Of a stretch of DNA of 64,000 nt, positions 13,466-26,547 are shown piece by piece. Source of the stretch: Puccinia triticina. Taxonomy: Eukaryota. Location: positions 930,001 to 994,000 of the forward strand of contig CP110440.1 of the NCBI GenBank assembly GCA_026914245.1, in the 5' to 3' direction. The stretch's first letter is position 1. Every line of letters begins with the position of its first letter. The notes under the pieces are model-generated. The model saw nothing but the letters and a program-made list of their open reading frames with translations. It did no database searches and was not told the origin of the DNA. A program made the translations under genes and the position numbers.

Positions 13466-14312
13466 TAGTTTTTTTTCTTCTGACTCATCATCACCATGGT
13501 TTCCTTCCTTTCAATGCTTTCCCAATGAAAAAATCTGCCTCCTGCTGGAAATCAAACCCACATTCCTTTCTTTAGTCCTGGTATCACTGAAATCAATCAG
13601 TGCCTACCTTCTGAGGGGGCAGCCACCCCTTTCAGGAAGCAATGGGAAGGAGACAGGAAGTGTACAGGGCACCCATTCAGAGAGACTTGGTAATTTGTGG
13701 CATCATTTGGCCTGTGGTCTCCTGATGGACTCAAGCTGATTGCTGGTCAATGAGCCTGGCAGGGCGCTTGTACTAGACAGCCCATCTCTGCCTTAGTCTG
13801 GGCCACACAACAAAATCATCTTTTTTGGCCTGGGGCCCTGTGTGAAGCCCTGCATGTCCTGCGGGGTTCAGCCTCTTCTGCTGCACTAGGAATAGAATTG
13901 TTTTTGGTTTGTAGCAAGCTTCCTTGAAGAATCAGGCCCCGTTTGGAGCTAATATAATCCAGGTGATATATGAGTTTTTTTGCATGACATCCTATGAGAC
14001 ATCTGATCAGGTCCGCCAAAACTTGATCAGATGTTACAAGTTTCCAGATTATATTGCGCAATTATATTGGCTCCAAATGTGGCCTCAGTCTTTGTAATTT
14101 GTTTCCTTGAGTTCAAATGTTGAAAGGTCTTCATCCTTAATCTTGAGTGAAGAGTCTTGTAAGACTTTTACATTTTCCTGCCCCACACCCTGGCACCCAG
14201 GCACACACTTTGTTGTTCATTGGCACAGGGTGGGAGGGGGAGCTGGGCAGTGCGTCTAGATTGAATTTGAACTGAGAGAGGGGGGTTACGATGGCCTAAC
14301 ACACCCCCTGCA

Positions 14313-14337
14313 GCGGCGAAGCCGCCTTGGCCTCTAG
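14313..14337 (+). mobile_element. Helitron 3' terminus
   Basis: GC hairpin GCGGCGAAGCCGC, 8-nt spacer, CTAG followed by T; near-identical copy at 44175-44199. Confidence 0.8.
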
Positions 14338-15337
14338 TTTTTATAAAATCACACTTTGAACTTTTTTTTGCTCAAACAAGCGGTTCAAGCACCCCGCGCA
14401 CACCAAAACAAGTCCTCGGGAGCTGAAAAGTGACACTTTTGAAAAATCATTATAAAATCAGTCAGGACCAGTACAGCATGATACATAGCACCAAAAGAAA
14501 GGCAAGAAGCAGGGCTTCATTGGCTTGTAAGGAAATTTGGTGGATGTGAGCAATGAAGCGGGTACAGGAGGAATAAGGCAAAAAAGGCAGTTTTCAGGCC
14601 AAATCGAAAAACTCATCACGCGAGAATTTCGACTTGAGGTACAGGCCTCCACTGGCGTGGACAGCTTCGCTGCTCGCTTCCGCTCCCGCCGAGGCCTAGT
14701 TAAGCTCGCCTTGCGCAGGCATTGCACAGTGCATTCTGCCTTGCGCAAGCCCGGCGCAATGAATTTGGCGTTGCGCAAGCCCGGCGCAATGAATTTCCTA
14801 TTGCGTCGGGCCTGCGTCAAAATTGTGCTGATGCAGTGTCATTGCGCAAGGCCTACGCAGATGATATGCCGATGTCGGACCTTAATGCAAGGCCAACATC
14901 GGTAGATATGCCGACTGCGGCTCCGACGGCCTCCCGCGTAGAGACATCAGGTCGGCCACCAAACTTTTTTGGTGGGGTTGGGGAGGTCGGGCTGACACAA
15001 TCTTTTACGTTAAGCTTGCGTCGACTGCGAACAGTGGTGTAGTGTAGCGAGTCCGTCGGAGATGCTCTCAGTCGCTGTCGCTGGGTCGTCCTCGGCGGGT
15101 CGGCTGTGATCTCCCAGCGGAAAGTCTCGCCAACCGATCCTCCCCCGGGGCGTCGATGGCACCTCGAGCTGAAACCGGCCGAACGCAGTGCAATCCTTCG
15201 CAGCACCAATACTTCTCTTGACAGCTCTTGACCTCTCAACCTTCAACAACAACCAACATCTACAAGTGACTCCCTCGCTCGCATCAGATCCAGCTCATTC
15301 CAGTTTTCTCGCCCTCCGATTGATTTTCCCCGTCCCC

Positions 15338-18165
15338 ATGGCCCCAGTAAGTTTTCCCCTCTGCTTCCTACATATTCATGCTGAAATCTCCATGTCCGAC
15401 CTCAGCAGTTAAGGGAGAAATCGAAAGCTACTCCAGCCAAACCCGAATCATCAAAAACTGACGATGAACGCGAGCTCTTTGTGGAAATCCACTCCCAACA
15501 CGTGAAACCAGACGATCTTTGGAAAAGCCTTCTTGACACTGCTGGACGTAAGTGATTCTTTTTGGTTGATTACGAGCTACAGAATAGAAACTGATCTTAG
15601 TTCATACTCCTAAAAAAATCTGAAGTGGAAAAGGTGCACGAGCACACCGACCAACTAGCCAGTGTGTTTGACTTTGTGAACCTGGCCACGGCACGCCGCG
15701 CAATTGTTGCCTTGCTCTGGAGCTATTTTACCGCAGGGGAAACGGGATCCTGGAAATTGCTCCAAAAGGAGCTTGGAATAAACGAAAAAGACCATGTCGA
15801 TAGGACGGAGACACTGATCCGGCGTGCCTACTTTGTCCGATTCCCCGAGCGCGACGCTTCTGTATTGACTGATCAAGAGATGCTTGTTGCACTGGGGTTT
15901 CCCAGCGCCGCCAAACAGATAGTTGCGACACCACAGATCAACTGGTCGACCGAAATCGTCCAGCAAGGGTTCGACGCAGAATATCAGGGACACGATCTTA
16001 TTGTTATCCCAACCCTAGAAACTCTACAACTTTATGCAGGTCAATGGAAAAAAGATGCATACAAAGCACCCCACACTTCAATCATCGGCCCGACAATGAC
16101 CGGTAAAACCCGCTTGCTCAAGGAGCTGGCTAAACACGTGTGCGTGGTGTATATCTGTCTCCGGAAACAGAAATCCACTGGCCAGCCCCCTCGTTCCGAC
16201 CTTGCTACACACTTTACCCCAGTGAAACCAATACCGAACATGATTCAGCACTATTCCTACCTAATCATCGCAATTCTCAAGGCGGTGTATGATTTTTTCA
16301 AACGACCCGATATACGTACTAAAAGCTTGGAAGAGCAATTATCTGAGTGGTTCGACTACAGTTTTCAAATGAACAATATTCCGAAGGATAAATTCAATGC
16401 CAAGGTCGAATATGAATTGAATAACTTGAAAATGAAAACCAGCTCAGAGTCGAACCTAACTTGGGAGGACATACAAATAGGTGACCTAGGCACGAGGGAC
16501 AAACTCGCTGCTGCGGTATCAGAAGTGGATGAAATTATGGAATCTACAAAACATGGAAATCTCAAAGTCCTCTTGGCAATAGACGAAGCCAGCAACCTGA
16601 TAGATCATACAGACGAACAACTCCAGATTCCATACTTTCGCGTGTTTCGTCGAGCTTTATCGGGAATACCTTCCGCAATGGGGTTCTTTAGTGTTTTCAC
16701 AGATACGACCTCCCGCGTCGCCAACTTTAATCCTGCCCTAGACCGAGACCCCAGCACAAGGTTCCACGGTGCTGGTGTTGATTTATTTGCGCCAATCTAC
16801 AAAATCTCAACACTTGATGCGTTTGTCCCAAAAGAGAAGCCCAGCTCGTGGAAGGATTTGCTATCGCCCGAACGGCTCTTTAGCTATGGCTGCCCATTTT
16901 ATGGGCTGTATTTCAAGGGTGCAATGATAAAAACGCCGAAAGAAGCCGTCCAAACCACGGCGATGATTGCTGAGGCAAAATTACTGTTCAAGACTCGATC
17001 GGCTTCTCCTGAAGCATTGTCTAGCCCGCAATGTTTCGCCATTCTGGGCTCGATCATACAAACTCGGGTATCTCTACATGCGCCGATCAACTCGGAGCTT
17101 GTTGCTAGTCATGCGGCGCATTGTATGTTTATCGACCCAAAGAGAGAAATGATTGTCAGCGATTATCCCCCGCAGTTCGTCTATGCATCAGCGGCTAACA
17201 GAGTTCTTGCATCCGACGATGAGCGTTGGATCGAGTGCATCAATACTCTTGCTTCCGCGGTGAGCAAAGGACTCGTTGCCCTCGGAGACGCCGGAGAAAT
17301 GGCGACGAGATTGATCTTGATACGCGCTATGCAGAAAACAAAGCCAATTCCTCACAAGAACACCGACTCGATCCCAAATGGATACTCAGTGCGATTGATA
17401 GATTTCCTTCAGACATTGAGCGGCAGAAACCCAAGCGACATGAAATTTGACTGTATCAATCCAGATGACAGAAACACACTCTTGAAAAACGGGCGGATCT
17501 TCTTCAATCACTTTACCCGGATTTCATACACACCCAGCGCCACTGACTTCTTGGAGCTTTTATACCGAGGTGTTGCGGTGCAATGCAGAAGTCAGCAACC
17601 TGGTCTTGACGAGCTCTTCACCATCTATCTCGCACCTCCATCCGCACCTCAATCTTCAAAGCTAAAATTAAGCAACATCACATTTTGTGGTGTTCAAACA
17701 AAAAATAGGCAAGGTCCAGTTCGCATGGATAAGAGTCATCACTGGTCCAAAAGCTTTGCGGGAATTGAAGGCATCAACAATCCCTATCTTATTCTGTTAT
17801 TCAGCTTGAGAGCCACCTCTGGTAAGGTAACCTGGAAGCAGCCGGAAAACAAGCCGGAAAAACCTGTTGACGGCCGAAGAGTTGCTTACCAGTTTCTTGG
17901 TCTGGGCGAAATCGCTTGCCTTACGTCTGAAATGCGCGCTGGGCTAGAGCGGTTGATTACCGCGATACCAGACGACTTGCTGAATCTTCACGATAATCGC
18001 GATCCAAATACCGAAGCATGGATCAAAAAATTGACCCCAGTCTTCTATCCGAGGGCTCCCGAGCAGCAGACACCTCAGTCACCCTTACCTTCCCCGAACC
18101 CATCTCAACATCCCGCACCCGAACCTCCCCAGAAACCAGCCAAACGCCGAGCGGCAAAAAAATAG
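15338..18165 (+). CDS. P-loop NTPase + restriction-endonuclease-like domain protein (Crinkler/RHS-type NTPase-REase architecture); two short 5' exons, possible frameshift
   Basis: 846-codon open frame with Walker A IIGPTMTGKT, Walker B LLAIDEA, C-terminal QPGLD...CGVQTKN (D...QxK), Pro-rich tail and KRRAAKK; exons 15338-15346 and 15409-15547 with GTAAGT donors. Confidence 0.8.
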
Positions 18166-19755
18166 TCAAGCAGAACCCAGAAGGTGTTCAATCAAACCGG
18201 TGAGCAGGCTAGCACAAGTACTGCCCAAGTCGAATAAGATTCTTATTAGCTTTTGTTTTGCAGGATGAATCTCTCCGATCATTCCGGAGCTCAGACACTC
18301 CCTCCTTGGATCTGGACAAGACTTTACGTCGACCCTATAACTACTAGCAATCACACTACCTTTTGCTTTTCATTGATTTTTTGCTCTTCTCTCGTCATCC
18401 GCACTATGCTCCTTTCGTCAAACCGTCTTGCTCTTCTCATCCTCCTTGCTCATTTATTCCATCGGTCCCAATACAACTCACAACACAGGGTAGCTACGTT
18501 ATCGCTACTGTATCGATTTTTTGCGTGTTACCCACGTCGGTAACCGTTTCCCGTTGCCGCTAGGGTATTTTTCTCTATTTCTTATTTATGTCCCGATATG
18601 TTTTAAGATTTAATCCAAAAAAAATGTTATAGGGGTTTAACTTTTGGTAACAAGCTATGTATGTAAGAGTGAGGAAAAGACATGCACCCGCTTGGTTCTT
18701 TGGCCTCGGTACCAAGATTCCAAAGCTTCTCTCGACTTCTGTGCTCAATCCTGAATTGATCCTATCCACCCGGAATACCCCCCTAGAGTGTCATCACTCG
18801 CATTGAACGTCGCCCGCCAGTCAGCAACCCAACACCTAGGTTGACCTGGCCCGCTCCCGTCTTCCGTGGCTTGATCACTTTGATATGAAAATGAAGATTG
18901 GTCTCTAACTCTTGATGATAAAGAGAAATACCAGGATGTGATTTATATCCAAGACAAACAGGCCCTTGACCGGCTGACCCAAGAGGTCAGCAGACCTCAT
19001 TGTAATTACAAACTCTTCAAACTCATCATCTCTGCTTTCCAACCACCTCCGCCGGCCTCCTGGGGCGTATCACTTTGCTAAAAAGTGATTCTCTCCAATT
19101 CTCGCTCTCGAAGATCTTGATCGCCAACCAGCCGTCAAAGAAATCCAGTCAGTTCAAAAATGGGCCTGCGAACCGGTTGGCCGGAAATGGGTGATCGACT
19201 TCGTAGTCATGGCTACCCCCGAAGATTTAAAGGCCAATGCCTGTCAATGCTGGGAATGGCCGATCGATACTTGTCCAAAAGTATTGCTTTGTCCATTTGA
19301 TTGTTAACAGACTTATTCTTGTCGATTCTGCCATGGTTCAGGGGACATGCATCTGAGAACCCAAGACTCCCGGACGCCTCAGTGGCTTCGAAACAAAAAA
19401 ATATCTTCATTGATCCTCCTGGCTCTGCATGGTACTCCATTTTTTTGAGAAAATAAGCTTGAATAAGTAATTTCTGGACTCTGATCAGATTGATTTTTTT
19501 GCATCTCTCATCCATGGAAGATTTTTTGAGCTTAAGACAAACCAATTACCTCAGAGTTCGCTCAGATTGGATGGATCAACTCCTGTGGCTCGACGTAACT
19601 TGGCGATTGACATTTTCCAGCGATCCAAAACAATTGATACTCTCAGATCACATGGATATTTGTCTCCACCTGTCGTACCCATATTCTTGATTTCCACTAA
19701 AGCGGGTGGCTTTGGCATCAATCTCACTGCGGCCCACACGGTCGTCCTCTACGAC

Positions 19756-21969
19756 AGGACCCAGGAAAGCCCCTATGGAACACAGTAACAAAAATGTATG
19801 AATTTTTGGTCAAAAAACAAAAAACGTACGCACCCCAGATGTATGAATGGGAAATTTGGCGGATAAGGTACTCACCCGAATTGTATGAAGTTTTTTGGGG
19901 GACAAGGGGGGTAGTAACCAAAAATGTATGAGAATGTGGATATGATGCCAGGGTTTTTTTTGCACCCCCCCCCCCCCCCCCCTATATTGGTCCAGCTCTT
20001 CCTGTATCAACCACATATCCCAATTGTGGCTGGTTTCTATACTTCCTTGCCGAGTTCCGGGATTTTTGTGCATCTTGAAGTAGCACATCTGCACCATTTA
20101 TTCCCAGTCACCAAGGCTTAAATATTACGGTGCTGGTGGGAATTGTGTATCCATCTCCCAGAGTTTACATTCTCTTCTTCTTACAATGTCTCAAATTGCT
20201 TTTCTAGAACACTGGCAGAACAAATTTTTGAAGATAAAAGCTCTCAAAAAAGCAATAAAAATGTAGATGAAGAGTAACAATCAGTTGTTGATGATAGTCT
20301 ATGCAGTTTTCTACTTGAATATGAAATTTAAAATATCTTCTTCTTCCATTTTTTACCTTTGTCACTGCTCCTCTGGGTATGTAGCAGAAATGGCTACTCA
20401 AAAAAGTATTTCTGGGAGTATTTCTTCATGCCCGCGGCAAAAAAAAACGTACGCTGTAGGGACTCCAAAGGGATGGATGAGTGGTAATCGAAGTTCCGTT
20501 GAGGGGGAGATAAGTTGTGAATAGGTTGAAAGCCTATTACAATTTACGGGTGGTTTGAAAGACCTGCCCCTCTGATGGTACTATGCAAATAACCAAGAGT
20601 CTTGTAATCAATATTTAAATGGTGTGGCTGATTCCAAAGATAGCTCTTACTTTTGTATAGTAATCTCTATCTGACCTAGATCACTTGCATCAATAGTTGA
20701 GGTGAATCTTTTGTAACTTGGTTTAACGTGGTGGGTGCGATAAAGTTTGATATATGTTGTAAGAATTTGTGATGTTAAATTGCTGACACTATGTTGTTAT
20801 AAATAATCTGTTACAAAGTAAATATATATATATATGGGTTGGGTGTTGGATGTTGGTTGGTTGGTTGTTGGTTCTACTACTGTTCTTAACACACACTACA
20901 GTTCTCTACACTAATCCACTACTAATAACCACAATAAACAGACCTTCCTAGGCTGCTACAAACTAAAACTAACCACAGTGACCAAACCTCTATAGGCTGA
21001 TGATGAAAAAGGAAAATTATAGTGGGGAGAGGCCCTCCTTTTATGTTGGAGGATGAGGGATTTCTGCTGCAGGAAGCTCCTTGTGAGGGATTTCTGCTGC
21101 AGAGGTTCTCACCTACACAGCCTTGCTACACAGCCACAAATACAAACAACACAGCTTTGCTGTGCTAGATACACTTTAAATCCACAGCCAAACATCTATG
21201 ATATACAAACTAACAAACAAATACACAGCCTTCAGATAGATACCTTCTAACTCCACCTCCAAACAACGCAGCCTCCTGATAGAATCTTCCCTGAACAAAC
21301 AAATACCAAGACTCCAGCCAAAGATGCTGTGCAGCCTGTGTTAGATACCTTCTAACTCCACCTCCAAACAACACAGCCTCCTGATAGAATCTTCCCTGAA
21401 CAAACAAATATAAAGACTCCAGCCAAAGATGCTGTGCAGCCTGTGTTAGATACCTTCTAACTCCACCTCCAAACAACACAGCCTCCTAATAGATACCTTC
21501 TAACTCCACCTCCAAACAACACAGCCTCCTGATAGAATCTTCCCTGAGCAAACACCTGTCTAGAATGCAAGTACCCTTGCCTGTCCAGAATTATGGGGGG
21601 TCTGGGGCTCTCCTCCTCTGCCTCCTGTTCCTTCCTCCCTTCCTTCTTCCTTTGCGCCCCTTCCTTCCGTTCCTGGTTGAGACTATCCCTTACTACAAAT
21701 CCTTCCTTGGTTTGTATGTGCCTTAACTGTTGATGTGATACTATCTCCTCCTCTTCTATGATGACTGTACTGTCTCCACCCTCTGTTGTATCCCTTTTTG
21801 GCATTGACACAGGCACAGAACACCACAACGCACGAAATTTGTATGAATTTTTTGAAAAAGCTCTGCACCTACGCACAAAACGTGTATGAATGGGCTCCAA
21901 AAATGTATGAATTTTTCAAAAATCTTGGAATTTAGGTTACTGTGTTCCATAGGGGCTTTCCAGGGTCCT
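19756..21969. mobile_element. Non-autonomous TIR element with 8-bp TSD (hAT-like)
   Basis: 34-bp TIR AGGACCC(A/T)GGAAAGCCCCTATGGAACACAGTAAC; TSD TCTACGAC / TCTACAAC; removal restores the YDSSWNPQ motif. Confidence 0.88.
21238..21546. repeat. 105-bp tandem repeat (two full units plus partial copies)
   Basis: AGATACCTTCTAACTCCACCTCC starts at 21238, 21343, 21448 and 21491. Confidence 0.9.
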
Positions 21970-22849
21970 TCTACAACTCTTCTTGGAACCCTCAGGTCGA
22001 TATCCAAACAATAGCCCGAGTTCGTCGAATTGGACAGACCCAGAAGGTTACCGTCTACCACTTGATTTGTGCAGAATCAGTCGAGCAGCAGATGATCGGC
22101 CGCCTATGTAAAAAACTTTATCTTTTGTTGAAGATCTTGGACTTCAAGGGAACTAACCCGGATAACTCATTGACAACTAGCAACGATACAAATGATGAGG
22201 AAACCACTGTGAAAACGTCAGTGTCTACTGCCGACCTCTGTGCAATCCTGCGCGGTGGTGCTAGTTCCTTACACAAGCACTGGAGACAAGCAAACGATTT
22301 GGATGCAACAACTTGACCATGACAAGCGCTCTGGATATAACAAATTCGTGAATGCCTCCTTCGACAAAATCTTAAGTAGGGCCAAGGAATTCGCCAAGAT
22401 TGAGCAAACAAAACTTCAGATAGAAGTTGGCCATTGTGAACCATCACAATCTGATGAGGAAATCGTCAAAAAGATCCAAGAAGAAGAGCTAGCCCTTCTG
22501 TGAGGCGCTGAAGTAGTCCGTTGTAGGCTCTTCGAAGGCAAGAAGTGCGCGGCCAGCAACAAGGACATACTGGACATTGGTTAGTGTTATGAGCCCAAAA
22601 GAAAGCCTGGATGGCTGATAATCAAGCCTCTTTGACATGTGATTGAGGCCAAAGTTCACAAGGGCCTTTTAAACAGCCAGCTAATTGGTTGACATCATTG
22701 TACATTCCAATAGTATTAACAGTACTATGATTTAGAAAGGATTGGCAATGCTAATCAAGATTCAATGAGTTATGGTTTTTAAAAAGCAATTTGTCCCCTG
22801 ATCTGGTTTTCTTCAGCCCTCCCAGAAATGGTGGGCCAGCTACCCAAAA

Positions 22850-24599
22850 AAGCGCCCGCTTATTTCAATCGGTTTGAGACGATTCGGGATGACAAAGATG
22901 AAGATTTAAACCCTTATGAGCCGTTTCCAAATCAAGAATCACTAATTACTCGTGACGATGATTCTGATCCAGTGAATCGTGCTACAAATGAAATTATTGG
23001 GGATGTATCATCTGAAAACATCTTGTCTCATTGTCAAAGGGGGGTACCTGAAAACTTCAATACGGTTTCGTGTCTTACGATCAAGTTATGGATCGAGCCG
23101 ACAAAAGAAAGTGGACTCTTGCTCTTTACCAGGAGAAAACAAATATGGAGAGCTACAACGTGTGGGACATCATCAATAAGACTCAGTCCAATAAGCCTTT
23201 GAACTGAACTTGGGTTTTTAAGATCAAACCCAAATCCTCAAATCAAGCAGAAGAGTATAAGGCTAGACTCTGTGTCCAAGGATTCAGAGAAGTCTTCGGG
23301 AAAGATTATCGCTTCACATTTGCACCTACCGGAAAACTCGTATCACTCCGATTACTTATCGCCTTTGCGCTTCAGAACAACTTTCAGTTCCATCAAATTG
23401 ATGTCAAGTGCGCTTTTCTCAATGCTCCCATCAGAGAGAGAGTTACTCTCAATCCTCCTCAGTGTGTCGACGTTCCTCCTGGCAAAGGTTGACTGCTTAA
23501 GAAAGCACTTTATGGCCTGAAACAGGCCCCGAAAGAATGGCATTTAACTCTTTTGTCTTGGCTACTCTCAAGTAGGTTTCAATCAAAGCTACGCCGAGCC
23601 ATGTGTTTTCTGGTCATCCAATACTTGGCTATATGTTCATGTCAATGACATTGCTATTTTCAGTCCTGAACTTGAAATATTTAAGAATCTAATCCAAAAA
23701 CGATTCAAGATAAAGGTTCTGGGCCGGTAGTGTGAAACATCTACTTGGAATGAAGGTCACCCAATCCACTGATTTGGTCCATCTTACTCAAACGCACTAA
23801 ATCAAAGAAACTCTTATCAAATATAATTGTGAAAAATTGATTCCACTTGCGACTCCTATGAAACCTGGCTCTAGCTTAGTCAAAGCCTCAAGAAGTGAAA
23901 TTGAACAAATAGATAGGTTGAATGTGTGCTATAGAGGACTTGTTGGAGCACTTAATTACATCAGTGTTACGACTCGACCCAACATTACATTTACAGTTGG
24001 TTGTTTGTCACAATTCCTTAAGGATCCCGGAATCTTGCACTGGAATGCTGCAGTACACTGTCTTTGATACCTGAAAGGTTCAAAAGATTTTGGCATCACC
24101 CTTTGAAAAATCTGATTTTGTCTCTTATGTCGATGCTAGTTGGGCCAGCTGTCCAATAACCGCTAATTCAACTACTGGTTATCTCATTTGTTGGAATGAT
24201 AATTTAATTTCTTGGCGCTCGAAGAAACAGTCTACAACTTCTCTGTCTTTGACAGAAGCAGAATACATTGCAATAACTGAAGTAACAAAAGAACTTTTGT
24301 GGTTGAAGATGGTCTCAGACTCTGTGTTGAAGATCAAAATAACCCTACCATTCAAAATCTATGAGGACAATCAAGGCGCTATCATGCTAGCAAATAAAGA
24401 AGCTAATCACTCAGCGTTTAAGACCAAGCACATGAACCTACGTTTTGATTTCGTACAAGCAGAAATTCTCGCGGAAACAATCACTTTGGTTTTTAAACGG
24501 ACTCATCTAATGCTAGCAGATTTCCTCACAAAATCTATAGGCAGATCTTCCATCTTTAAGGTTCTGAGAGTTCTTCGAGCAGGTATGCCCCATCCCTAG
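22850..24599 (+). pseudogene. Ty1/Copia pol relic (reverse transcriptase + RNase H)
   Basis: KARLCVQGF, HQIDVKCAFLNA, ALYGLKQAP, YVHVNDI, YVDASWA, WRSKKQ, TEAEY, EDNQGAI, KTKH; frameshifts and stops. Confidence 0.92.
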
Positions 24600-24619
24600 C
24601 GGCTTGGTGCATGGGGGTG

Positions 24620-26334
24620 TGTTGGAATCAGTGAGCAGCTTACAGTGTGCGCGGTGTACGTTACGGATTTGTGCGCGGTGCTCTACGGACTTGGACTATG
24701 ACATCAACATTGTGGACGCACTGCGAACGCTTCAATTCTAGAGCGCTGCTGACCGTCCTTCGTCGATTCCAGTTTACCACTCTTTCTTTTTCTTCCTCAT
24801 CTCAACACCTATCTCTCAACCCGCAAGACATCTCAAATCGTCAATTTCGTCTTGGGGAATTTCGTCAAGGTCATCTGTCTAGGCGGCTCAACAATAGGTT
24901 CTTATTCTCTTTGTTATTATCCTTGTTGACCATGTATTCCATCATCTAACCTTATCTTATTTTATTAGCCATAAAACCTCGAACTTAACTAAGTCCCTCC
25001 CCCGCCTGAGGCTTTGCCGGAGGGACTTACGCCCTATCAGGAATTCTCGCGTGAGACTATTCTGAGTTTTGGTGGTACTCAACTTTGAGTGCCCAGAACT
25101 CAACCTTGATGATTAGCTAGCAATTCAAAAATTTAATGCATGATAGGCCTACATTGTCTCTTTCTTCTGATACAATTTGGGACCATCTCCTCTTCATCTT
25201 CGTGCTGTTTTTATTTTTTGAAAACTTTGCAAAACATGATTCCCCAGGTTCGGAGCAGATCACTAAACAACAAAGCCCGTGCGCGATCGTCATCTCTGAT
25301 ACAACGTTATACAAGTACGTGCACACTTCTTTTTTTCTCAGTTTTTTTTGTACTGACTCTCTAGCTTTGATCACTGGCTTCTTAGTTCCAATTGTTCACT
25401 CCCGCCACCAATCATAATACTGACGATCCTTCCAACGCACAAGGTTGAACCGAGTCAGCTACCGGCAAGAAAATGTACCTAGAAAACTTACCACCGCTCT
25501 CAGAACAAGCTGAAAAGGTCATCTTCATCGATAGAGTCATGCACACGTACAATCTGGACCCAAAACACTTTATCGAGGCCTATCTCGAGAACAAATCGCC
25601 ATGGTCATTCTCATCGGTCGTTTGCATAGCTGAATAAGTTTGGATGGGTTCGGTTGCACTTGATTGATATCTCTTTGATTGTTCTTTGGTTGTTCTTTAC
25701 TCGCCACAACTTGTGATTCTGTTCTTATGTTTGCAATGACGATCCACACGTTTTTTTTTCTCACTTGAAACTTTTTTTTCGTCACGCTTCGATGACCATG
25801 CGCGGGGACAGCCTCGATCAGGCTTGCTAGTCTTGATCAATAATCAAAGCGGTCGATTTTTTGGCGCTAAGTAATAGGATGGTCTGTGCTCATAAATCCC
25901 GGTGGTATGCTGGGATATGATAGTTATTTTCCTTTTATTCGAGATTTTACAAAAAAAATTATAAAAAAAAATGAACAAAGATACAAAGAATGGTAAAAAT
26001 ATAACAAATAAGGGGATGAGGAGGCGCATCAGAAAAAATAAGTTTCAAGAACAAAGGATGAGATCTGCGGGAGTGACGAGGAATATAATGTTTTCCCGGA
26101 TCAAATATCCGGAAGTCTTACGCGAGAATTCTTGATAGGGCATAAGTCTCTCTGGCGAAGCCTCAGGCTGGAATTAGTTAAGTTCGATAAAACCTAGTGT
26201 GTGGTGGTGGTTTCCTGTTCTGTTCTCATCTTATCTTTTGTTCCTGTTTCTTTTAAGGTAAAACTCATTCTTTTTGTATTTACATTTTTATTTGTTTTTA
26301 CTGAAATCTATTTCTTTTAAGCCTGATTTTATCA
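24620..26334 (+). mobile_element. Copia 3' LTR (probably interrupted by 24980-26186; alternative end at 24893)
   Basis: Purine tract ATGGGGG then TGTTGG; candidate ends CAACA (24893) or TATCA (26334). Confidence 0.55.
24980..26186. mobile_element. Non-autonomous TIR element with 9-bp TSD (AcademH- or MULE-like)
   Basis: TIR CGAACTTAACTAA..CCTGAGGCTT..GACTTA(C/T)GCCCTATCA; TSD ATAAAACCT at 24971-24979 and 26187-26195; internal coding scrap at ~25470-25660. Confidence 0.85.
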
Positions 26335-26336
26335 GA

Positions 26337-26432
26337 AAAGAGCAGAGCGGCGCGGGAAAGAGCGGAATAAAGCGGGAAAGAGCGGAGTAAAGCGGGAAAG
26401 AGCGGAGTAAAGTGGGAAAGAGTGGAGTAAAG
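26337..26432. repeat. Short degenerate tandem (AAAGAGCGGAGT / AAAGCGGG)
   Basis: Directly visible purine-rich repeats. Confidence 0.8.
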
Positions 26433-26547
26433 TAGATGGAGGCTGTGCAGAGGACTGAGGATCTGGGGTGGGTGGTTTCATATGGCGGAGGCGGAGTTTA
26501 TTTTGAGGATTTTTGATGTCCGTGGAGCCCTGTACCGGTCTGGCTAC

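Larger units (their letters stand above)
19490..22578 (+). pseudogene. SNF2/ISWI-type helicase C-terminal fragment interrupted by a TIR element
   Basis: RLDGST..RNLAI, IFLISTKAGGFGINLTAAHTVVLYD | SSWNPQVDIQTIARVRRIGQTQKVTVYHLI; stops downstream. Confidence 0.85.

Noticed and set aside
14647..15039. CACCAC-type MITE upstream of the NTPase gene
   Set aside because: The right end CAGTGGTG|TA and TTGCGCAAG repeats are suggestive, but the left end and TSD could not be confirmed
18561..18786. Small TIR element or terminus of an NTPase-REase mobile unit
   Set aside because: Only about 8 bp of imperfect inverted match and no partner end upstream of the gene
21210..21900. Repeat-protein ORFs (GGGVRRYL...)
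   Set aside because: Products of a 105-bp tandem repeat inside a non-autonomous element
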